Of a DNA stretch of 64,000 nucleotides, positions 37,501 through 47,938 are shown one piece after another. The stretch covers positions 160,194-224,193 of the forward strand of contig NMRA01000488.1 of the NCBI GenBank assembly GCA_002633005.1, read 5' to 3'. Source of the DNA: Phoronis australis (lineage: Eukaryota; Animalia; Phoronida). Position numbers and translations under genes: made by a program. The notes beneath the pieces are model-generated. The model did not search any database and was not told the DNA's origin. It saw only the letters and a list, made by a program, of their open reading frames with translations. Each line of letters begins with the position of its first letter. Within the stretch, counting starts at the first letter, position 1.

Positions 37501-40500
37501 TGCGCATACTCCTGTAACAATTAAAAAAACGATTGCAGGCGTTCTGATATACGTTGTACCAGACGTGCGCAGGCCCCGCATGTGGGCCCATTGAACTAAC
37601 CACCTGGAACCATTTTTATGCTTTATTAATAAACGGTTAAAACCGAGCTGAGGAGCTAGAAACCAGGCTGAAGGGTTTAACAGTGTGACCTGGTGGGACT
37701 CGAACCCACGACCTCGAGTAAAGAAAGCGGGCGCTTATCAACCAGGCCACACTACCTCCCCCTGTACCCAAGAGCACTGAATATAAAAACTGCAACTTGT
37801 GATGCTTTGACAATGTTGCGTTTATTCGTTTATGTCTGTGACATGGCTGCTTGCTTATTTGTATTTGTCAGATTATCATACAGAAAGCTTTAAAATTTGC
37901 ATGGAAAATTGTTTTCAGCTTAATATGAATCGCGAATTTGGTTTTCATTTATCAAAATTCTCTTTCGTATTGTTTTTGTGCCGCGACCTCATAAACAAAT
38001 GTATGATGACAACCACAGGGCGACAGACAAGACAAAAGGCTGTAATGCTTTAAGGTGGCGTTTTAACATTCCACTTTCATTTCACTTTCTCGGTTGGAGA
38101 GTAGCATTTGCGAGTAGGGTATTGAATTGAGGCTTTGTACGAAGCCGAAATAACCACACGAAATTGTTTGCTAGACAAGTGTATGAGGAGCATGACAGTA
38201 AGTGCACACATTTAGGTTCATTATGCACTTATAACTGGAATTCACCTCCAGTACTTTTCATTGAACTATTATTTAATATGAAACTTAGTATCATATCAGT
38301 AGGTAATGTTTCACAACTAAACAGTCAACCTTGACTCATGCTATTCTAAAATTGTGCCCACTGCCTTTACTCGTGACAAGTGCGTATCAAAATTCTAGTA
38401 ACAGGTGTAGATTCACATATAAGTGCACGTGCCTAAGCGTGTGCGTACGGTAAAATCTCACCAATTTAGGGCACAATATAGCCTACAAGTGAATTTTTTT
38501 TCGTCATTTTTCCATCAAATTAAATGATTTTCTATGTTCAGGTTTTGTACCACAACTACCAACAAAGTTTTGAAAATTTGTGGGCATCACAACACAGTTA
38601 GAAGCCCTTAAAATTAAAAAAGGTCATTTTGGCAATTATTTTTGACCGAATATTGTGAGATTTTACTGTAATAAGAATTAATAAAATTCAGGTGAACAAA
38701 CTTTCTTCTATTTCTCATAAAAAAGATAGTAAAATTATACAACTTTCCATTTTTTCGTACGCTCATCACATTTGAAATATTTAAGAAAATAAGACGACAG
38801 CTCAGTACATTTTAGATCACAAAAAAGTTAAAAGTTTTTACTCTTATTTTTGTTGGCAAACTTTAACGAAAGAAAATCCTCACGACCAACAGATATTGTA
38901 TGTTGAGCTGACCATTAACCATATTTCCACATGGTTCATAACATAGCCAACAATCTGCGCATATTCAATTAGTACAGTGAAATCTCACCAAGTTCAGACA
39001 AAAACAATAGCCAAAATTAATCGTTTCTTGACACTGCTGTAATTTCTTGAAAAATAGTCTGATGGTACCTATGGTATGGAATTTAATAATAATCTTTTAT
39101 GGAAAAACGAAAAAACGTATCACTTCACTTGTCAGCCACATTGTGTTCTAGTTTGGCGAGATCTTACCATGCAATCACAATGAATCAATCAAGGAAGTTA
39201 TATTCCTTAAGACATTTCCCAACATTTTAAGTCTGCAAGTTCATGAACTTTGAAATAGAATCAAAAGTGCATCCGACAACAGAACAGACTGGCCTGCCAA
39301 ACACTCGGCCAGAGTAGATGTTTGGGAATATCGCAGGATGAGTCAGGAGCATCTGCTTTTGGAATTTGATGCTCGTCGGCTATGAGACAGATCTGATAAC
39401 TTTCAGCTGTACAACATCCCAATCGTATACCATTCAGTACTGTTAAGCTTCGTTTTCAGAAGTGTCACGTGATGCAGTGTTACAGACATAAATAGAAGAC
39501 AGTGTCTTCAGTTCTGATCTAACTTCTTTGTGAGTAGAAATATAAATGAAGGGACTGAAAACAGATCTCAACGACATTAAAAAACGCAACACAATCCGTG
39601 AGAAGTACACATATTCCTGCGTTACTGTGATGTCATGTTGACGGGCGTACAGCATGTACACAGCCCACACCACGGATGGAACGACAGACGTTATGAACAT
39701 GTTGAGCGCCAAAAGGAAGCCAACCTTCAGCGCCATTGTATGGTACTCCTGAGCAACAATTGTCACACCAGGCACAACTCTCGATCTAAGTTTCACAGAG
39801 ATGCTCAAATAGGAGAGCATGACGACAACCATGAGAGCAGCAGTAAAGTATGGCTCCCACTGACTATCTTGCTCTCGCAATTCCCAAGACGGCCATCTTT
39901 TGGCAAGCGATCCTTTCGGGCAGACATAGGATGTCAAGTACCAGGTTTGCTTTATAGTTTTTAAGGCGGCAACTACGATAGCCACCACGACAACTGCCAT
40001 GAGTAATACCCCAACGAATAACTTGTTTTTCAGCACATTCTTCCATTTTGAAATCGTCTGCAGCAACTGCAATATGGCAACCAAGCTAACAATAAGCAGA
40101 GACATTGTCAGACATACGAGACTGAGAAAGAAATAGGTCAAGCAGATCTCTGGCAGATCAGTTGAAACAATAGTAGTGAAGTACAGCAAGGAGTTGAGGT
40201 TGGAGTCCAAGAAGTCACTGGCGGCCATAGTCAAAATAAACCAATTGACAGGCTTCTTGAGGCGGCCTTTACGATTCAGCACAAGGACAATCAACAAGTT
40301 CCCAGTGCCTATTACCACAAGGCAAATGGTGACCATGGCGATGACGCCAATGACAGCATTCATCTCCATGGTAGACAAGAGTAAGGTATCATCATCCTCA
40401 GTTCCATTAAGCCCTGTTGCTTCAGATTTGTTACTAACATTCATTGCAAGTTGCGCAGCTGAGAATAAGAGCCAGAAAAAATGTGAGAATCAGTCTCACG

Positions 40501-43500
40501 CGCCGGGCAATTTATTGCAACGTCTGATTAATCACGTGGCATATGATTGACAGGTATAGGAAACCGTGGTAGCAGTTAGCACTGTCATCAGAAAACAGTG
40601 AAGAACTTAGTCAATGGAGTTACCCAGGTGTCTCTTAAAACTATTTGCCAAATTTCATGAAAATCTATCAAAGAACTCGAAAGTAAACACAAATGTAAAA
40701 AAATAACAACCAAAACTGTCATTAGGAACCACAGCAGTAGTAGAATGCGTCGATCTACTGTCAAGTTAATAGGAATACAATTGCAAACTTTCAAAAACAT
40801 CTTGTAAGGGGTTTAGGAGATACAGCTATAGATATGAGAAAATGTCACGGTTTTGACAACAGTTTGACCCATTTGAAAATCCACGTCAGTCATGCTTTTG
40901 TCAGTAGAAACACATTTGCCAATTTTCATAATGATCCACTGCACGGTTAGGCAAATACTTAAGAAAACAAAAAACAAACAAACTAACAAATAATTAAAAT
41001 GGCCATTAGTTGGTGCAGAATATGTCAAATCCATCACAAAAAGGAAGGGTGCTGTAGTCTTCATAATAAAAACTTGTCTTGCAAAATTTCATGAAAAAGC
41101 ATCAAGGAACTATAAAGTTAAAAAAATTAATTTGCCCCTAGGGGGCACAGCTGTAGTTTGATTGGGTCTGAAACTCGCAGTTATCGTTGTTACCTCCATA
41201 AGAACACATCTGCTTAATTTCAGAAAGATATTGCAAAGAGTAAAAGAGATACATCCATGGATGCAAAAAAAATGCCACTAGGGGGTGCCAGAGTAGTTGA
41301 CGCCCAAAATCAACGTCTGCCTAACTCCGTGGTGCTAAGGAACTATCAGTTTTCTTTGAAATACTGAATTCATGATTGGGATATGCTTTGCAGAATGTTT
41401 GATGGTGACAATGTAGTCACTTGTCAAAACATTCTAACATTTTTGCAGGACAGCGAAACACAACTTATATTTCTGCTCATAATTCTGACACAGTAGTAGG
41501 TGGCACTATTTTCCCACTAGCCAAAGTCTCGTCCATCACTACTCAATCACAACCCCTTGCCCTTCCCATTATGTTCTCTACAGCAGCGGACATCACAGTT
41601 TCCATTAGTTCTAGAGATTAAAAGCAAAATCTTCCCATAGGGAAAGACATACATGACATGCAGTTCAGATGGGTGACTTTTTCACGACACGAATCTGCGA
41701 AAGGGCGCCTTCCTGATTAAATTCCCTACACAAAGGTTACTTTATGGGCTGGAGTACTCTGTGAAAGGGTCAGTCTATTTTTACAACAAAAACTCTTTAC
41801 AGAACGTTTCATACGTTAATTGCTCCTTTAAGCAGTTCAAATGATTTAAGTTGATAAATGAAATTTAATTTGATAAATGAAATTTAAGTTCATGAAATTT
41901 AATTTTACTTAAATGAATATCTTCCCTCGTTCATCATTCTACAGTTGTTTGTCTCCTTGTACATTGCCACTGAGATCTATTTCAACACAGCAGTCTTTTA
42001 GGTGATAATTCTTTGGCCACCTGGAAGGTTAATTGAGAACTGCATTAGCTTGTCTGTACACAGACAATCAACAAGTCGCGTTTCTGGTCAGTCTTCAAAA
42101 CTTGTGTTCCCGCACCCTTCCTTTTCACAGTAATTTATACTGGTAAAACACTCCATGGTATATTTTAGAGTCTCCGTTTCGGGCATGTTTATGGCGTTTT
42201 TCCCATATTATGATAGAAAAAATATCTTTATATACCTACAATCAATTCTGCATACCTATTATACTAATAGTCTTGTACATTATTACTTTATCTTACAATA
42301 AACATCTCAACCACACTCTAGTTTTCCAACTTAACAAACTTAGCTCAAATCATCCCATCAGCAAGATATTGTCCTAGATAAAGAACCACTTTACATGGCT
42401 TAAAACACATTCAACATGCTTACGTTGGGGAAATCAAACTGTCGCATGAAAGCGCAACTAATTCATAAAAGCTCCCAACACTGTCGGTTCTCAAAAACAG
42501 TGGGTATCCAAACTATCCAGCTACACACATAGCCCAATATCCCCAAAGACGACGACGTGAAACCTCACCATTTCAAATGGCGGAATCTTTACATCCTGGT
42601 CTCCTCGACCATTCGACAAGACTCAGCTCATGGATCATAACTATGATACCTTGAGAGAATACAAGTTAACACAGCTGCAACAAGTGTCATGGCAGATTTA
42701 TACGAAAAATTTTAGCAAAATGTCAACATATTATGCCAATACCTCAATTCAGAACTCGTCAACAGAACAATAGTTTCCACGGCTGACAGCTGCCCAACTC
42801 CACTAAAGGTTTCACTTAAATTTTACTAAAATATCCTGGTGTCACCTTTCAACCAGTTCAAATGAGTCATAGCACAAAGTAATGGAGTAAGACTGCCATT
42901 ACAGCACTCCATCATCACTCTGGCCAATGAGAAACTGTGTCAGGCACCTCTGTGTTCAGGTACTCTCTATGTAAATACATAATGAGGGCTGGGAGGCATA
43001 GTTGATTGGATTAAAATACAATACTATTAAGGGCTGTGAATTTGTTTGAGGGGAACAGTCATTCTGGTGGTATTAAAATTTGCAAAATGGTACTCACTGA
43101 GTGTTGAAGGTATTACACCCCATATAAAACACATAAAATGCAGTCATGATGTGGATAAGCAACTATAACCATGATGCACTTTGTGTAACAATTGACGGCT
43201 GTTGTGAAAGAGGGCTCAGATTCAAAAAGGTCTGAGTAGGTGTAAAGGAGCTCTCTTCTAATGGTTAGGGGTGTGAAGCTAGATATTCAACTTTCAAATT
43301 AAACACCTGGCCAATCTGGAATCACAAGAAGAGATACCAGAGGGCACTACATAGCTACCTGATATGACAGGAACTCTGCCCACCACACCTGGGAGACTAG
43401 TCCAGAGGCGGATCTACAGGGGGTTCAGGTTACAACCCCCTGGAACAGGATCAAAAATCAAAATTTAAAAACACATCGTTAGGAAAACGAAATCAGCTAC

Positions 43501-46500
43501 AAATACCAAAAAATCTTACACAGGAGGGGGCAAAGCCCTCCCGACCGCTCCCCGCTCGGCGCTACGTGCCTCGGATTTGCGCGAATAATAAACCCTATAA
43601 ATAGTATTCTTGGAGCAAACTAAGTCTTCTGTTTTCTGTTAATGAGCAAAAACCTATTAACAGTTTTCCAAAAATTGCCCAACTGGTAGCTTGTCAAGAA
43701 TCAACCACTTAGGAAATACGTCATCAACTTACGTCAAGCCACAAGCTGTGAAGCATTTGTTAATAGACATTGATCACCAGAATATCACAGAAGTTTGGAT
43801 AATTGGAACATATTAGGAATACATTGAATATGATGCTATATGGATGTCCTAATACCTCAAACAGCACTGACGAAGAAAATAAATACAACATGCATATTAA
43901 CGTAGAAGATAAAATTTGCGCAAGAGCTATAATATGACTTAAAACCCATTTCGACCTAGCTTAATCCATACATAGATGCCTAAGGCTAATTATGTAAACT
44001 GTTCATACATTCCCTATAAACCTCGCGCATCCCCTGGGTGGTGGATGGGCGAAGCTCTTCTAGATGGGGGTTTCACTGAATAATACGAAATAAGGTGCCG
44101 TGAACTAACTAATGACAGAGGAGAATGGAAAACTCCGATTCCAAACCTGGGTAGATGGAGCTCGTTAGCCTTGGAAGGCAGTTGGTCTAGGAGAAGGAAA
44201 ACTCTGATTTAAAACTAGGGGCAGAGGATGCTCCTAAGCATCGGACAGCAGATTCTCTTCGAGAGGGAAACTCTGATTAAAACTCAACACCAAAGCCGGA
44301 TACACTGGGCCCCTGTGGCACGTAACAGCAGTGCAACACACATAACTTATCACGATGGTCAATATCATAGCAGATTTGACCATTTGACAAACAAGAAAAA
44401 GAAACTCAATACACCATGCTAAAACGACTGAAGTAAAATTTTCCTTGGTCAATATTTTGTTTTTGAAATTTGACGAATTAAAATCATTTTTCTTCCTAAC
44501 TAGCTTAATGGAATATTGTTTAATGCAGGATAATGAGCAGTAGTACTTTCAAAAACTGCACCAAGCAAATGTAGTTACCAAGTTAAACAATAAGTGGCAG
44601 CAGCTCTTGAGCATTCACCGGCAGATGAGTTTCAACTCAAAATGTCAAGTTTTTTCAGCATCTTCCAGAACTGAAAATGTTTTGAAAATGATGGACATTC
44701 ACATTATAGAAGCTTTGAAAAATGGCAATTGTTTTTGTTAAGAATTAGTGAGAATTTTCTGTAGATCTTTTTTGATTACGCACAAGTATTATTAAATTAT
44801 ACTTGTGTTTGGGGGCCCTAATGAAGGATTTACCAATATGGTAAATATTGCATATGTATGTGCAACAGAACAATGAGATTCCTAAACTAACCAATTCTGC
44901 CAAAATAGTGCAGAGGAGGGGTACTATCGCTCAATTTATCGTTTTCACTCAATCTCTATATAGATTATACAGTTTTAATAAAACTGTATATTTAGTCTTA
45001 TTAAAACTGTATGGTAAATATACAGTTCTAATGAGACTATACAATTTTATCTATAATTCTTATGGTATTTATAAAATCTGAAACAAACAAGTTTCAAAAA
45101 ACAAGTTTCAACAAACTTCTTTGAGATGTTTCCAAGCTTTACCTTTAAGTTAATGTATGCACAATTTATTCCAGATTGTTCACTGTGTTCAGACTGACTG
45201 CGACCACTTGTGTTACTCTCAGAAGCACAGTTATTCTACAGATATAACTGTAGAGCCCACTAATAATAATAATAATAATAATAATTATCATTATTATAAT
45301 AATTATAATAATAGAATATCCCAGTTATTGTGATCTCACCATCATTTATACGTAAACTGATCTGTAAACCGACTATTGTCGTCTTGCCCAGGCCGAGTTG
45401 CAAAGGTGCAAGACTCTAGAGTTGAGCTAGTTACTAGTGGTCACATGCTTCGCTTGCAATGCAAGGCAATATCTACCGGCGTCTTGCATTTTTCACGAGG
45501 TCCTTGAATCTATAGGACGCTGACCATTTATGGAATACCTCACTTATTATCATTTATAACAACAATTGTCTCCACTGTAATTGTATGCTTTACTCACCTT
45601 TTACTGAGTCTAGCTTTCTTTCCTTCTCAATCAGAGGCGCTGTTGTCTGTGTCATCTTCTTTCCCACAGATGGCATTTTATCTTGGGTAGTCTTCTTACG
45701 TTCCTCGAACATCTTACGGCTATTGTTAACATTTAATCCACCAGGTGGCTCAGTAACAGCGATGCCACTATCGCCTCCATCCTGAGATGTCCACTGATCT
45801 GTCAACTTCCCCTTCCGTTTCACACGCATCTGCTTAATTAAACTGCGCCGATCTTGCTCCAACTGGTCAGGCTCCAACGAGACACCAAGCTGTGATTCAT
45901 CAGTTGGTGCCGTATCAACTGGCACTGGATGGGCCGGGCTATCATTGCCCAAGAACGATGTCTCGGTGACGCTCTCTGCCACGGCCATGGCGCGTTTCAT
46001 GTCAGCTGACGAGGCCAATTGCTTCTGCAGCATGACCCGATTAAAAGCTGGGGTCGGCGTAGGCCTCAAGGTGGAGGACACTGTGGCATTGTTACCACTG
46101 TTGTCACTCTGCACCGGGGCTTCCATAATTTTCATACTGGCACTGCTCTCCAAGCCACCACTACGACTACCATCAATGGTACTTGGTTCCACCATGACTT
46201 CACGTGATGACTGGGTCGGCTCATCGATGGACAACTCCGAGAGCTTCTTACCCCATCCCTTGGGTGCCGATAGTATGGCGTAGCGTGAACTGATGGCCAG
46301 CCTCCTCGACAAGAAGGCTGGCTGCGTAGGAGAGATTTCCTCCACATTATTCTGGAAGCTCACAGCTTTCTTTGGTGGACTAGTCTCACGTTGCGTAGAA
46401 TTACTGAACTCTTCATGTGGCAAGGAAACAACTGCATTACCTGGATGGCTTGTTTCAACACTCTCCATATTATCGCTCTTTCCAAACTGCTCAGGAGGTG

Positions 46501-47938
46501 AAACTGTTTCACTCAACTCAGATATGCTTTGGTCCATCACGATTTCAGAAATTAACTCCACCGGAGAGATATCAGGAGAGCACACGGGATCAGTGAATTC
46601 CTTTCCAGTCTCCCCCGAGAATATTACTGGTGGTGCCACAAGGTCAACAGGTGGACTAAAACTGATCTCGCTGCCATGCTCACCGTCGTCATCATCATCA
46701 TCATCATCATCATCCTCATTTTCAGCTTCCCTTTCCATCTCTCGAAGTTTATTCTCCAATTGGACGCAGACATTGTTAGGCTCACTCCTAACAAATGTTG
46801 AGGGTGGTGAAATGCATTCGACGGGCGATTCATCGAACTCTGCCGGAGGTGGAAGACTCATTTCGGCGATGTCGGTATCCTCCATTTGTAAAGAGTGGTG
46901 AGAAATGAGCGTCACGTTACCGGAGTCTGTATCGCTGTCCTCGCATGTGTTGAGAACGTCTTCACCAGGAGTGAACGAGGCCTGTGTATTGTTGCCCTCA
47001 TCATCAGAAATGTCTGAATCAAGAGATTGCTGGTCCTCAGGTATATGAGATTGCTTGACAGCATTTTGCGTTAACTGGATAAATGCATTTGCATTAACTA
47101 CGCTGGCAAATAAGTCGCTAACATCGACTTTTCGTTCCTGAGTCTGCGGAATTATCTCCTCCTCGCATGCTAAGTCGTTCTCACAATTAATCTCAGAAAG
47201 AGGCTCCGGTATGACTGGAGGAGGGATAATGAAATCCTGGTTTGAGTCATTGCTGTTAAGTCCATCCTCAGGTGCATTTTCAGAGGTGTCCATGGAAACA
47301 AATTCCTGGGGGAATGTGAAATGCCTCGATGCTTTCTCAGGTAATATGACTGTCTCACCAGGAGGTTCCCCCTCTGCACAATATTCATCTCCTCCGCCTT
47401 CCCCAGTCCTGGCGGGCTCCTCCTGAGAATCGGCTATGCTTTCAGATCTCAGCTGGTAACCGAAAAACTGTGCACGTTTGTTTTCCAGATCGAGCTTTCG
47501 TGATGATAGTCCCTGCTCTGTTTGTGTATTGAATGACAACTTTGGTGATTGGGGCTGATGATTATCCATCATGGCTGATAACTTGAGTGTTTTCACAGAA
47601 AATCTGCCAGTCGATCTATTCTCATTACATTGATTGTACCTATTCTTAGTCTCCTCCTTGTCTAAAGACAAATTTTTCGGAACAGGTAAGTGTACGGGGC
47701 TGGTCAACTCGAACGGTACGCCGATTCGTGGACTTGGTGTTTTGTGAAGCACATAGCTCAGCTCCTCAAAACTATCATCCTGTGTCAATGGAGGTCTTGT
47801 ACAAATTGGTGAAACACAACCTCCTAATTGTGGCGAACTTTCAGATAAATCGCTGTTGGTATCGCTATTTTCCAGTGAAATATAACCCAATCGTCGGCCA
47901 CCAGCTGCCTCGTCGGTTACAGAATTTTTGTTCCTTTT
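25302..47938 (-). CDS. MISP/AKAP2 (PALM2-AKAP2) family protein with AKAP2_C-like C-terminus; at least 4 coding exons, at least 1462 aa; start exon not certain
   Basis: Exons 47938-45598, 30052-29538, 28032-26747 and 25548-25302 join in frame through GT-AG sites. Motifs LEQDRRSLIKQMRVKRKGKLTDQW, ETPIEREIRLAKEREEE, SRIQQEIRELKEREEELK and terminal RRSLLAERWQ match recalled MISP/AKAP2 signatures. Confidence 0.8.
26747..28032 (-). CDS. MISP/AKAP2-like gene, penultimate exon
   Basis: ttttgacacag|GAA...four IEREIR-type helices...TTG AA|gtgagt; phase 0 to 2. Confidence 0.88.
29538..30052 (-). CDS. MISP/AKAP2-like gene, internal exon
   Basis: gctttttag|GA GAG GTA...SIIEQEIRKQEMREKEW...AAG|gtgaga; phase 1 to 0. 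Confidence 0.85.
30584..32250 (-). mobile_element. Full-length non-autonomous Helentron-type element (HINE/pearl-like) with an internal tandem array
   Basis: Subterminal inverted repeats ATGCGCCCAC (30608-30617) and GTGGGCGCAT (32236-32245); terminal hairpin 32215-32246; GACGCCGGACGCCCGGACAGACAG microsatellite-like tract from 32179; ACAAGAG (CTTGT) end at 30584; 11 internal monomers. Confidence 0.75.
30671..32067 (+). promoter_or_regulatory. Array of 11 same-orientation CTCF-consensus or near-consensus motifs
   Basis: Motifs related to CCACTAGRKGGCRC start at 30671, 30785, 30922, 31015, 31160, 31304, 31463, 31605, 31748, 31907 and 32052; for example GGCCACTAGGTGGCGC and TGCCACTAGGGGGCAC. Binding is not shown. 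Confidence 0.6.
33455..33781 (-). mobile_element. Truncated copy of the same HINE family
   Basis: Shares TGCCACTAGGGGGC (33592), GCCAAATTTCAT, GGTTTAGGAGATACAGC and GGTGACA with the 30.6-32.2 kb element. Confidence 0.7.
34056..34220. repeat. Interspersed repeat, copy 1 (GGTC-rich, ending in CACCC)
   Basis: Aligns by eye with 57747-57940 (CGGTCATGTTC..TCCCC..GTTTTGTGGTGGG..TCAGTCCCATTTTCT..TTTGATCCCCAA.GGTCCTGTTTTG). Confidence 0.75.
37687..37760 (-). mobile_element. tRNA-derived SINE head or tRNA pseudogene
   Basis: The minus strand reads GTGGCCTGGTTGATAAG (A box)...GGTCGTGGGTTCGAGTCCCAC (B box with intact T-arm); no acceptor-stem pairing. Confidence 0.65.
38448..38668. mobile_element. Tc1/mariner-type MITE
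   Basis: TA|CGGTAAAATCTCAC ... GTGAGATTTTACTG|TA: 14-bp TIR with 1 mismatch and a TA target duplication. Related copies start at ~36072 and span ~38975-39168. Confidence 0.75.
39443..40444 (-). CDS. Intronless orphan class A (rhodopsin-like) GPCR, 333 aa, nested in an intron of the MISP/AKAP2-like gene
   Basis: Seven hydrophobic segments; N-terminal sequons NVS/NKS/NGT; TM1 GNLLIVLV, ICL1 LKKPVNWFI, TM2 MAASDFL, TM3 and ECL2 cysteines, TM6 FITSVVP, TM7 SPFIY, helix 8 EVRSEL. Confidence 0.9.
   Translation of the reverse strand: MNVSNKSEATGLNGTEDDDTLLLSTMEMNAVIGVIAMVTICLVVIGTGNLLIVLVLNRKGRLKKPVNWFILTMAASDFLDSNLNSLLYFTTIVSTDLPEICLTYFFLSLVCLTMSLLIVSLVAILQLLQTISKWKNVLKNKLFVGVLLMAVVVVAIVVAALKTIKQTWYLTSYVCPKGSLAKRWPSWELREQDSQWEPYFTAALMVVVMLSYLSISVKLRSRVVPGVTIVAQEYHTMALKVGFLLALNMFITSVVPSVVWAVYMLYARQHDITVTQEYVYFSRIVLRFLMSLRSVFSPFIYISTHKEVRSELKTLSSIYVCNTASRDTSENEA
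40560..41315 (-). mobile_element. Diverged copy of the same HINE family (about 5 monomers), just upstream of the GPCR
   Basis: GCCAAATTTCATGAAAATC and GGTTTAGGAGATACAGC; CTCF-like motifs at 41001, 41133 and 41273. Confidence 0.7.
44021..44286 (+). mobile_element. RTE-type retrotransposon 5' leader relic with three 69-bp-spaced sub-repeats
   Basis: AGCCTTGGAAGGCAGTTGGTCTAGGAGAAGGAAAACTCTGATTTAAAAC resembles the RTE 5'-UTR motif as recalled; GGAAAACTCYGATT variants start at 44127, 44196 and 44265. Confidence 0.55.
45261..45313. repeat. (TAA)n microsatellite
   Basis: Read directly. Confidence 0.9.
45598..47938 (-). CDS. MISP/AKAP2-like gene, 2341-nt acidic, disordered exon
   Basis: 780-codon open frame; ttttatttcag|AAA ... 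AAA G|gtgagt; contains a poly-Asp run and PPxxF repeats. Confidence 0.85.

Noticed and set aside
37687-37760. Functional tRNA gene
   Set aside because: The A/B boxes and T-arm are present, but the acceptor and anticodon stems do not pair; it fits a SINE head or pseudogene better.
45585-47426. Several plus-strand ORFs of up to 202 aa (likewise at 26738-27829 and 39635-40550)
   Set aside because: They are antisense shadows of real minus-strand exons.
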